Shown here: positions 37,111-48,413 of the stretch, one piece after another
Layout: each line of letters starts with the position of its first letter
How positions within the stretch are numbered: the first letter of the stretch is position 1
Assembly: GCA_964035545.1 (NCBI GenBank)
Contig: OZ037766.1
Coordinates: 9,104,722 to 9,168,721 of the forward strand
Source of the DNA: Bugula neritina
Lineage: Eukaryota; Animalia; Bryozoa
Direction of reading: 5' to 3'
Length of the DNA stretch: 64,000 nt
Notes under the pieces: generated by a model
Databases searched by the model: none
Seen by the model: the letters and a program-made list of their open reading frames with translations, nothing else
Told to the model about the DNA's origin: nothing
Program-made: the position numbers and the translations under genes

Positions 37111-38961
37111 CCAGCTCATTGTCTTTAATTCTGTATAAAGAGCTTACATAGGGCTTGGCTGCAACTGTTTCCTTACAAAGCTTTCCACCTGATCACCACC
37201 ACCACTCACCTTTGGTGAAAAAGGTTAGAAATACAATAGTTATAATCGCTATTTTAGTAACGAATTACCGAAAGACTGAAATCAATATTGCCGAATTTGA
37301 TTGTAGTCTAATAATAATCCTTCTGCAATGACACAAAAGCATCCTTCATAGGATCTGTAGCTATCCCAACCCCTACTAAGGCCTAAGCTGTTTGCCAATA
37401 AAGATTGAGTCATCTATAAGAATTAGCTATTTATGTTTTAGCTATCCAGAAGCTAGATAGTGCATCACACATATAATATATGTTATTTGTTTCAACTCCT
37501 GGTTCTACTTACCCTATTATATATTATGAGTATGTAATGTTACTGCCTTCCACTGGCACTTTTATTGTCATGTCAACGTAAAAAGTAATTGGTTTGCTTG
37601 TGTTTATAAAGTTGACATGTCTTAGCATGCTGCTAATATAGTCCTTAGTCCAACATACTATATAATGATGTTATGCTATTTCCTTAATAAAAAATCAATG
37701 TTTGTTTTTCAAAGCTGCTTTAGCCTATAGTTTATGAATAGTGACTGCTCATAATATTGATAAATGTCGATACACGTGCATACCACTTGATTATTTGAAT
37801 AACAGCTAGTAATCCAACAAATCTATTTATTTTATTATCTCCTCTTTCCTGTTATACTGTGTGGCAACTTTTGGCCATTTTTGTGGATTTGCTTCTACTT
37901 AATTTCTGTTGCAGGTGAATATAAATTAAATGCTGCTGATTTTTGTAGGAAAGTTTGTAATATACGCAATGCATACATGAGCTGCCCATAGTTCCGGTGA
38001 TAAAGTTTTCTTTAAGTTTTGAAAATGTTTATTGCAAATATACAACAGCATTTCTTCCATTATAAATTCAATTGTACAGAACAATTGTGGCCTAACATAT
38101 TATACATACAGAATTAAACAATAGACAATTTCTATTACACTTCTCCCATAAAAATTAATGAAGACCCGTCATGTATTCAGGCACAAAATTCACAGCTGTA
38201 AGAAAATTTCTTTCAAGTATAGTAAAACTATATAATTAGGATGAAGCCACCTTTTTGTACCAGTATAAAACAAGCACTACGTAGTAAACTTTTAAAAAAC
38301 CTTAGTTAATAAGGACAAAATATTCTGTAAAACACAATTGCTATTACGTAACATAGTTGTTCAGTGCAAGCTTACTGCTATATTTTCTATTCCCTTTCAA
38401 TATGTTTTTCCTATAGATATATATATTATTCTAAGTTACAACTTCCATACAGTGTTTTAAAGAAATGAAATATTATGAAAACTGCCTATTATCAAGTTCT
38501 TCAACAGAAACACATGGGGTTGAAGCAGAAGTTAAACAAAGTAACAGTTATAAAACTTGAAACAAATAAAATTCTCTTTCTCTCTCTTATATTATAAAAT
38601 GTTATAAATACACCATAAATACAAACCTCACATTACAATTTAAACAAATGTTAGTACATAAGCTGATGAAATTTAAATATAATCAGAAATGCTAAAAAAA
38701 ATCCATATAAATTTCAAACTACATAAATAAACTTATATATTACTATATTAATTACAGTCTACTGCCAAATAGAAAATTAAAAATTTTTAAATAAAAGTTA
38801 AAAGAAGTTAACAGCTTAACAATATGTAATTAATATAATATGTAAAGATAAATAATATAATATATCTAATATTTAATATGTTGAGCATCTTAAATACTAT
38901 ATTTTACTTAGTGTCAGATGATTGTTTTTTTGGCAAACAAAAAGATAAAACTATGTAAAAC

Positions 38962-41900
38962 TTATACAGCAAAGTCTCTAACACGATGACCCCATATACT
39001 AGTGCGAAACATGCCCACAGTGGGACGAGAGATGGTAGAAAACAACTCCGAATTAACTGATGCTGAAATGAGATTGCGTCTAATTTTTGATAGATGTTCT
39101 TCTGGTAGCATACTATACACACTCAGAGCTTTGAAGTGTGGCAACTCTCTAAGAACACTGAAAGGAAAAAAAAAGAACTTTATAACATTTGCAACATGAT
39201 AAATTTATTGTTTAATTGTTTCTGTACTGAGTGAAAAACCATTGAAATTTTCCCTCATATACTTGATAGATGAACTATATAAATTATATAAAAAGGACAA
39301 AGATATAGCAATACTAGAAAGACTATGAATGTTTTTAACTCTAGCAGATAAGCTGGTAACTAACACTTATTTATAATCTAAAGTGTCATAATTACCAATA
39401 ACCAGCAACTACCAAAAAATTGAAAAATATTATCACACGTAATCACCTGATATAGCAACATAACTCTGTATCTATTTACACTAATATATGCAACATAACA
39501 AGCTATATGTAATTATATCTGAGGCCACTACATTGTCACAAGGAATCACCTGTAACTGCCTGGACTAATATAATAACATCTGCTAAGATGAAGAGTGTTC
39601 AAGTACTTCAGTTCCCGGACAATGCTGTATACTGATTGTTCTGTCAGGCCCAAGGAGTCACTCACATCCAGTTCTCTCAGTTGGTTGCAACGAGTTACTA
39701 ATCTATCCAAATCTAAAGTAAGAGACCACAGGCTATCAAATCAAAAACAAATATATTCTAAACTATAGAAAACTGCACATTGCTTTGATACAAAAATAGG
39801 TTTAAATTACAAAAAATTAACAAACAAAATTTTAATTTTAATATTGTATTGATATACAATTAAAGAAATATGGATTGTAACACAGGTACATCTATAACCT
39901 TACTGTGGTCATCCATAAACTCTCGGCATCCTGAGAAATTGAGTCGGAAGAGGTTTGGTGGAAGTTTACTGATGACTAAACCAACATCTGAATGAGATAA
40001 CTTGATCCAGCCAATATTCAACTCATCTAGACTAATAGTCAGAAATTTACATTACACTGTGTTTGTGTACATGCATTCTTTAGACTACCAGCTGCATGAG
40101 TGAGAAAATATAACCTTTCGAAAATTTATTTCAAAGCACATGTTTAAAAATGTGGCACATGCGTAAAAAAGGAATGCATTAGATAATTCACATACAAATA
40201 TATAAGCTTACAGTGGGCAAGAGTTGAATATCTTTTCTAGTCCTTTGCAAGTAAGCCCACTAACCATTGCACAGTTCAACGTTGTAAGAAACACATTTTG
40301 TGCTATCAACCTACATTAAAATACAAAAAGTGCACTACAAAGACCATTAACAACCATTAACTTCTAGCAATTGCATTCTAGAAGCAAAAGTAGAACATTG
40401 TAACAATAGCATAAATTTATTAATTAAAACGAAGGGTGGCATACCTGAGCTTTTAAATAGGTATGCAAGAGCTCAAAATTCCATATCAACTTCATTATAG
40501 TTAATTTAATCAAAATCAACAAACTATACATGGAATGCTACAAGCAGAAAGTATAAGTATTACCTGCAAATATCATTATTTATAGAGAGATTCTCGATGC
40601 TAAGTTTACGAAGTTGTTTGCATCTGCCAAGCAATTGTGATAAAGCGTTTTGCGAGATGCTTGCCATGGTGAGATCAAGATACTGTAACTTATGAAACTG
40701 AGTAAAACACTTTTTCCCCAACGTGAAGTCCCCAATCTAAAATTCAATGGCAGGTTTTAGCAAGATATCCTTTAACAAGCGTACAGAAAATATTTTTATT
40801 ATGCTAGTAAAAAAATCATTGTTCAAAATGTGCCCTAAGTGTGTCAAAAAGCAGATGTTATTAAAATAACTTACTGTGGTGGGCAAAAAAAACTTTTTTT
40901 ATTAGGAGCTAAATTTTCTTGCAATACAGTAACAGATATCGATTTGTTAAAGTTTAAAGTTACATTACTAAACGCAATAAAACTGTTAAATGAGAGTAGA
41001 CTAAAATTCTTAACCGGTGACACAGACAAATAATTGTTCCATTCTTGGAACTTAGTCTAAAACTGAAGACATGGTTTATCTATGACTACTTCTCACATAC
41101 TTCTGCACTAGCTAGCCTAAGGAACTCCACACCTCTGTCAAGGATAGTGTTTCCCAGAACACCACCCTTGAGTATTCTACCTCCAAAATCCAGTCTTCGC
41201 CATAAACTTTCATCATATCTACAAGTCAGAGATACTATAGATTGACTGTAGCACACGGCTTAGTTGATATACATGTAACAACTGCCTGTTTCATTTTTCA
41301 CATACAAAGTTTAATAGCAACAGCAATCATGCACATGTAAAAACTATAAAAAGTAGGGGCACAGCAGGGCAAATCTCAAGTTATTTATAGTCATTGCACA
41401 AAATCAATTTTATTTCAATATAATGGGCCTTATTCAACAGAATATATATTTATGTGATTTAAACAACAACTAAGTTTATTCATTTCCAATCAAAAATATA
41501 GGTAACCATAAACTTGCCTAAGCAAACACGAAATCATGGGTTCAAACCCATCTAAAGGCCATTGGTGAAGTTAAGTAGAGCATCTAAGTATTTTAATTAC
41601 TTCTATGCCACATATGGATAAGTTCTTAAAAACTTGAAAAACCCTTCTTTCACCAGGGGTTCTCAAAGAGACAGTGACTAGAAACGTTGACAAAAACTAA
41701 CAGATGGCACTCATAAGAAAGCTAGAAAAACTTTGAATTAAAAAAACTCACGCTATACGCCTCCACCGCTTGCACACTCTTGCACATTTTACAAGAATCC
41801 GTTTTGGCATTTTTTGAAAAATAGAAAGAATTACTTCATCGGCCACAAACATAAAGTGTCCATCATAGCTAGCTTGTGACTCATTCCCACGACTTTTGTT

Positions 41901-44124
41901 CGGCTTTCGGATTCGTAATCCAAGTTCTGACCAGCCTCGTTTTCCTTCCTCAGGAGAATCAAATATAGTGATGGCACGATTCTTTGTGACCTTCGCATGA
42001 GAAGACCTGACATCCTAAAAAATGTATAAAAGTTAAACGTAAATTTGTAAGAAAGTCACTGCTTGACTCGATATAGAATTTAATCATAAACTGAAACATA
42101 CAGAAACGATTCCAAAATTGAGGGACAAATTTATGTTTAAATATAATAAAGAAAATGATAAATATGCTGCTAAAGTCATCATTTTCTTAGTAACTTAATG
42201 TGATACTGAAAATACAAGCCATAAAACCATCCTAAGCCACCAGATAAACAAAGGACATTTTACATGACTCAGCAAGTATTTTTCATATTTTACATATTAT
42301 ATACTACATAACATGAGTGTATAGGTAATAGCTTACTTTATTTTGGCTACAGTTTGTTGGATTACATTTCCTGTCTAATAAAGACAAGTGGCAAGTGGTA
42401 GGAGAAGGTGTAGGGAATATACAGTCAGTATTAGTCTCCTGAATACTGTCTAACTTTATTATTCCTGTAACTCCTAGTTCAGATAAGCAGTTTTCATCCG
42501 CTAACAACTGATCAGATATGTGTGTGTCAAAAAGAGACGTACTACGACGTTTGATGTCCCGCACATGGTAGGTCAAGGGGTTGTGTCTCTTCTTACTACA
42601 ACAAAGATGCAGTTATGATTTGTTCATTCCACAGCAAGTTGAGTGACCAGCATGCTCATACCACTGAACTATTCAGATTGTTCTATAAGCAGCTCCGAGT
42701 TGGGGGTGACTGAGTGCAGTAGTTTGGGGGTCTTGAGTTTAGAATTGGGAGCTCCAAGTTCCAATCTAAACCTCCAACTGCTGCACTCAGTCACCCCCAA
42801 CATGGAATAGAATTATTATAGAATAATTCAAATTATTTACTGAAACAGTTTTAGACAGCTAATGTACTCTCTACACCATGTATAGCACATTCAATGTTTG
42901 AGAAGAACATACAGCATACATTTCCTGCGTTGCATTGTCTTTAAAATGAGATCCTACGAAGTGTGTTGTTTAATGATGTGACAACTCTCTAAAAACCTCT
43001 TTGAAAATGGCATCAAGCTGCAGTTTTTCATTTTCACTTTAATATCAGTTTGGAAATCAATGTTGGACAAAACGTAAACCAACACATAAAAAGCAGCCAT
43101 GGCAGTAAGAAACAGATGTCCGATGAGTTATAATTACATGATGAACCTATATGAGGAGATTGTAATTGGTAAGCTACGTGAAACTACAAGTAGACTACTT
43201 CTATCAGACACACAAATACTCTAGCAAACCTATAGTCAACTGGTGTAAACATTTTAGACTTGCAATCAGTACAATTAAACTAAAACAGAAAAACCACAGT
43301 AACATGCTAAGTGGTGTTGAAAGGTATAACAGATGTATATGTTTTGTATTAAGTGCAACTATAGTGAGTTTCATGTGCCACAAATTTTAAACTATATAGA
43401 ATACAATGCAATATTGTCATTCTGGTATAAAAATGCTCACCCCTAAAATAGTTGTTACTATATATATTTTCCAATACACGGATCTTAAAAGAAAAGTAAA
43501 GAAAATTAACAATTGTAGCCAGTCAAAGTAAAAAATGGTGCCTAGTAATCATGGAGTAATAAGCAGCTTCTACATCCTGGATTAGACAAGCTAAATTGGC
43601 TATTAATGGTGTCAATGGTAAATCCGCTTCTGATATTAGTTTACAATGTTGCTAATAAAAACAATATGAAGATTAGGTTGAACAGTTTTACATTTTTGAA
43701 CATAGTGTGAAGTTTTATTCATATCTGTATCAAGAGAAGTTCCCGTGTGTACAATAATGCAGTCATACTTGAAATCAAACTTAGCTAGAACCCCAAGTTA
43801 AGTGAAATATTAAGCTGTATCTTTAGTCTACAACATTAATAGACAAAGTTTTACATCCTATAACTGTAGCTACTAGCTACTAATAGGCTACTCTAACTGA
43901 GCACAAGCAGTCAAATAGCTTCTCCTATTTTGGCACACAGTCTATCTTCAAATAGATCTCATAGCTTTCTTGTGAAGCATATATTCAATAATGTCTTTAT
44001 CTTACCCAGAGTTATTGTCATTGGTAGTAAAAGTTTGAGCTGGTTCTTCAGTGCCACTGATACTCAACTCTCTATTATACTCTACTGAATCCACACTTAA
44101 AAAGCTTCCATCATGCTCCGCCAT
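38962..44124 (-). CDS. SKP2: S-phase kinase-associated protein 2 (F-box/LRR)
   Basis: Minus-strand exons at about 44124-44006, 42595-42337, 42014-41752, 41217-41101, 40736-40564, 40310-40211, 40031-39844, 39712-39550 and 39157-38962. F-box VADEVILSIF..LVKCARVCKRWRRIAYDESLWRRLD; LRRs LQYLDLT, LDELNIGW, LNFSGCR, LDVSDS, LHLSRCYYI; C-terminal FSTISRPTVG..TSIWG as in SKP2. The start codon is less certain. Confidence 0.9.
41510..41690 (+). mobile_element. Diverged copy of the tRNA-derived SINE in the opposite orientation
   Basis: ttgcctaag...catgggttcaaaccc...aaaggccattggtgaagttaagtagagcatc...aaaaccctt...caggggttctca...tgactagaaac aligns with the reverse complement of 5186-5405. Confidence 0.75.
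42662..42842. mobile_element. Foldback MITE-like element
   Basis: Nested inverted repeats: GTTGGGGGTGACTGAGTGCAG / CTGCACTCAGTCACCCCCAAC, TTTAGAATTGG / CCAATCTAAA, and imperfect outer arms ending TTCTATAA / TTATAGAA. Confidence 0.7.
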
Positions 44125-44465
44125 AATTACTGTGCATTGTTTGAATGCTTCTCAAAAATATGTTATCGTGCTACGTACATTCATGCAGTATTCATTGTGC
44201 CACTTAGATCAACTGTTCTATAACAAATGCGTTTCAAAAGACGCTGATAAATAAAATTCAACCAATCAGAGACTGTGAAATAGACAACACGCTTGCCCAC
44301 ATTCAAACTAGTATTTATTGATTGGGGATATAGAATTTCAACCCTGCTTGCTTATTATGCAGCTGCTGAGTCCCTTAGTGCATAGCACTGATTAGTGACT
44401 TGTGACAGTAAACATGCTAATAGGCCAACACTATACAAGACTGAAGCTATAATTGAGTATTAAAT

Positions 44466-44510
44466 ACTGTAGGCTATGTGTATCAAATTTTGATGCACAT
44501 AGCCTACAGT
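44466..44510. repeat. Palindrome with 22-bp arms and a 1-nt spacer (one mismatch)
   Basis: ACTGTAGGCTATGTGTATCAAA-T-TTTGATGCACATAGCCTACAGT. Confidence 0.9.
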
Positions 44511-44797
44511 GGTGTCCTTTAAAAATGGCACAGGTAAAATGGCACAGTAAAAATGGCACAGGTAATGGCAAATTAGGTAAAAATGGCGCATTTCAATATT
44601 TGTTTGGGATTTGGGGTGGGTTTAGGGGTTTGGAATGGGGGGGGGTTTAAGTTTGGGGATTTGAGTTTGGGATTCAAGTTTAAGGGTTGGGTTTGAGGTT
44701 TGGGAAAATTTAACATCAGCGTGCCAGTTTTTTCTACATTGCCATTTATGCCATTATTACCTGTGCCATTATTGCCGGTGCCATTTTTACTTAAAAC
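44511..44797 (+). mobile_element. Non-autonomous element with tandem subterminal inverted repeats and a G/T-rich core (MITE/HINE-like)
   Basis: Left tandem GGTAAAAATGGCACA units, right TGCCATTTTTAC units, and a central TTTGGG/TTAGGG-like tract. Related copies at about 45293-45475, 46024-46110 and 51497-51677. Confidence 0.75.
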
Positions 44798-45292
44798 TAC
44801 ATACAGTGCATATTTACCAGTCATTCCTGGTCATTTAAATGTGTATGGAAGAGTAAGGAGCCACATATTATATACGAAAGGCTTTCATTCATGATTTTTA
44901 ATACAGAAAGTTATAATCATTTTACATCAACGTATTGGTGTTTTCTGCATATAGTATATACTTTATACCCTATGTATTTGTTTGCATATAGATCACAAAA
45001 GAACTAAAGATATAAATCTTGCATATAAACATACCTCTTCTGCATAACTATTTGATACATATAAATTGATGCATTACAGATTAAATGTAGTGAGCCATAC
45101 ACCAAACTTACCAATTTTTCACAGTTCTGTAAGTTCTTTGGTTTCTTTGTTTAGTCAATTGACTTCGCATTTTCTTATAGATTTATGATTTGCTCTTGAC
45201 AACAGAATTTTCTTGAATCATAATCTACACATTACAAATGTTACATTTTTAGTTATGTAAAGTGCTAAAAACAGGTGCAAAAGTGTTATATA

Positions 45293-45475
45293 GTGGGGCG
45301 GTGTCTGGTAAAAGTGGCACGCTTTCAATATTAGGGTTTGGGGTGGGGTGTTTAGGATGGGGGTTTAAGTTTGGGAATGGGAAGGGGTTGAGTTTGAGGT
45401 TTAAGGGTTGATAGTTTGAGTTTGGGGTTTGGGAAAATTTAACATTAGTGTGCCATTTTTACCTAAAATCATAAT
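45293..45475 (+). mobile_element. Shorter copy of the GGTAAAAATGGCAC / TTTGGG element
   Basis: ggtaaaagtggcac...ttagggtttgggg...tttgggaaaatttaacattagtgtgccatttttacctaaaatc. Confidence 0.75.
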
Positions 45476-46023
45476 GAGGCAGCTTCAAAATTTTCATATT
45501 ACTGAGAATTGCCATCAGCTTTGAGATTATACCCAACTACAGGTAGAAGTTGCTTTTAATCATGCTATTACATATAAATGTTTGTATTTTATCATAATGT
45601 TTGTCAAAAAAGAATGTTTTCTAAAGCTGTCAAGTAATTTAATATAGGAAACAGAAGTGAATTGTACCTAAAAACAAAGTAATAATGTGGAGTGAGATAA
45701 GCTTTCGTGAGCTTTCCCTATCCACCCTCCTATTTTGGTTTGGTGGTTAGGTGGTACAATAGGTATAACTTCACACTACCAAACAAGTTGACACTATAAG
45801 GTTCAAACTCCATAATTGACAAAAGAATCATTAAATGATTCTTTTAACACTTTATTTATAGCTCATAACTGTACATGCAGTGTGTGCGATATATGCAGAT
45901 ACTTTTGCTTTTAGTGTACTATTGCCTATTGGCCATTAGGATTATTAGCGTGTTCACATACTATTACCCTTTAGCACCACTATGACCATTGCCATTTCAC
46001 ATAGTAGTAAAACCCAATCTGAA

Positions 46024-46110
46024 AATTATGATTTTAGGTAAAAATGGCACAGGTAAAAATGGCACAGGTAAAAATAGCACGATATAGATGGCACAGGTAA
46101 TAATGGCAGA
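46024..46110 (-). mobile_element. Partial inverted copy (end) of the same element
   Basis: attatgattttaggtaaaaatggcaca is the exact reverse complement of tgtgccatttttacctaaaatcataat at about 45449-45475. Confidence 0.7.
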
Positions 46111-46830
46111 GTCTAGTTGAAGTTTACTCAAAGCTAAACTTGAAGTTATACTTAAACTTAAAGCTAATGATAACTTTTATTTTATGTTTCTAGCTCCATG
46201 TCTATTACAGCAATAATAATAATTATAATAATAATAATAATAATACTTAATAGTGCTACAGCTGCATGTTACTAGTATGAATTGTGGTAGTATAAGTATT
46301 AACTGAATGGTCATAAAATACTATAAGATTAAGTACCTATTTATTTTTAATAACAATATAAATATATTTATACTTATAGTTAATGTTATAGACAAAAAAT
46401 ATAGAATTAGATAGCAATTGTAAACACTAAACACTACCTCAGTTTCAGATATGTTGGTTTCAGTGTAAATGTAATTAAAACTAGTAACAGTAATTTTTAT
46501 AGTTGCACTCTTGGACTTATAATTATACTTATAGTTATAATTTAGTCCTATATTTATAAATTACAGTTAATGTTAAACTTAACGTTATAGACTTTTAGTT
46601 TTATTAGACTAAAATAATTATAAATATTAATAATAATATACACCTTTATATTACTACTAGCACTAGTGTTGCAGTTATAGATGATAGCTATGCTACTACT
46701 AATGGTTTTAGAATGGTATTAAAGTGATTGGTATTGTTGTACATATTGTTCAAAAATAAAATAACCAATCTCAATTAATATTTATCAATTGTGAAGTAAA
46801 GTAACTGTAAAGTTTCAGTTTAAAATTGAG
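46110..46830. repeat. Periodic tract on the SKP2 side of the divergent promoter
   Basis: aagtta-tactta-aactta-aagcta, ttatac-ttatag-ttaatg-ttatag, (aat)n and tactactag. Confidence 0.75.
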
Positions 46831-47240
46831 CAACAGTGCAGGAGAGATAACTCTACAAGCAGAACAAACAGTTGAGATAAAAACTTTCCAAACGGATTCG
46901 CTGTATCACGTATTTCTGAATCTTCAACATAAAAGACTGCTAACACTCTATAATATTATTATAGTTATTATTCTGTATCCTCATGTTTATGAAAGAATGC
47001 GCCAACAAACCATCAAATGAACTATCATTTATATTTATTATTAATCTAGGTGTCAGTATTTTTATTTAATTATTGTAAGTCATCAACTCATTGACTGTTG
47101 GTATCGTTCGAACTTCAATGACAGTGGCTCAGCATAGTGATGGTGCCATGCCCATAGGGCATAGGCATAGGCCATAGGGCTAGGCCATGGGCATAGTTCA
47201 GTTTCGTTTTTTCCGTGTAGCATTAGTCACTGTCCGACTC
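46830..47240. promoter_or_regulatory. Inferred bidirectional promoter core of SKP2 (-) and TMEM55 (+)
   Basis: Divergent gene orientation and a higher-complexity, CpG-containing core between two periodic tracts. The exact first exons are not resolved. Confidence 0.5.
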
Positions 47241-48180
47241 GGTGGTTGTTTACTATTACTATTAGTATTAGTATTACTACAGATTACTATTACTATTAGT
47301 GATACTGATAGTATTAATGTTTCTATTAAAGTTAATGTTTAGTTTTACGTGGTGAGCCGTGAGTGACCGTGGTGGTGATCTTTAATTTTATTTTTCAATT
47401 TATCTCTAATACTTATAGTTATAGTTATACTTATACTATTAGTATTAGTATTACTATTACTATTAGTATTACTGTAAATCAAAATGTAATACTAATAATA
47501 ATAGTAATTTCAATTTGTTTTTTTTTAGTTTTGGAAGTTAACGGCTAAACAATTTAACATTCAATAATTGATAATTATAATTTAAATTATAATAATTATA
47601 ATAACTTAATCTTATATTATTTAGTTTCAAAGGAAATGTGATTAAGATAATCATTATCATAACTTTAGAGTTAGTCCTAAAATAAACTCAATCACTTAAT
47701 GATTAAGATGAAAGTTATACTGATACTCATAGTGATAGTGAGTTATATAGATTAAGATTATCATTATAGTGACCATGATTACGATAACCTTTTTAACATG
47801 TCCCAGTCATAATGTTACAACTATTCATAGTCACAGCAATGATCAATCCCTTAGACATAGGCTTATTGCCAATATAAATATGAATATGATAATTTAAGTT
47901 ATAAAAATATAATACTGATTATCTATTTACACTCAAGTTCACTAATTGATATCAGTCACTGGACAGAATTTAAACTTTTTTTCTTCAATATTTTAAGTAA
48001 TTATTGATCATTTTACTTTTAGTTGTCAAAATATTCATATATTGTTATTTCTATATAGTACCCTTTGTTAGTTGACGTTGCCCATTTAATTGTTTGATTC
48101 AATCTTGTAATGTAATTAATTATACTTGGAAACTAATATCTATAGTTATACTAATGATGAATATACTAATAGTAATGCTA
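47240..48180. repeat. Periodic tract on the TMEM55 side of the divergent promoter
   Basis: actatt-actatt-agtatt-agtatt-actact, acttat-agttat-agttat-acttat-actatt and atactg-atactc-atagtg-atagtg. Confidence 0.8.
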
Positions 48181-48413
48181 TGCTGGCGGTAGCTACATAC
48201 TGGCTATCTTTGTTTCACAAATTATTTCAGGCATTTATTATTAGAATGATACAGGATGGAAAAGTAAAAGTACTAGCTAATTAAATTTTTTTATATATTT
48301 GTAGTGTTGAGTTTCACCTCTTGGTACTTTTTTAGGAAAAACGATATCTAAGGTATATCAATCAATACTACATATCGATATTTTGTTTGTTCATTTAGGT
48401 TTGAAGTTTAGCT

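Noticed and set aside
41015-41056. Possible 42-nt in-frame SKP2 micro-exon after a 44-nt intron
   Set aside because: AG/GT boundaries exist, but the flanking exons join in phase without it; it cannot be supported without RNA data.
44510-44600. CRISPR-like regularly spaced repeats
   Set aside because: Short tandem subterminal repeats of a dispersed eukaryotic element, with no unique spacers and no cas genes.
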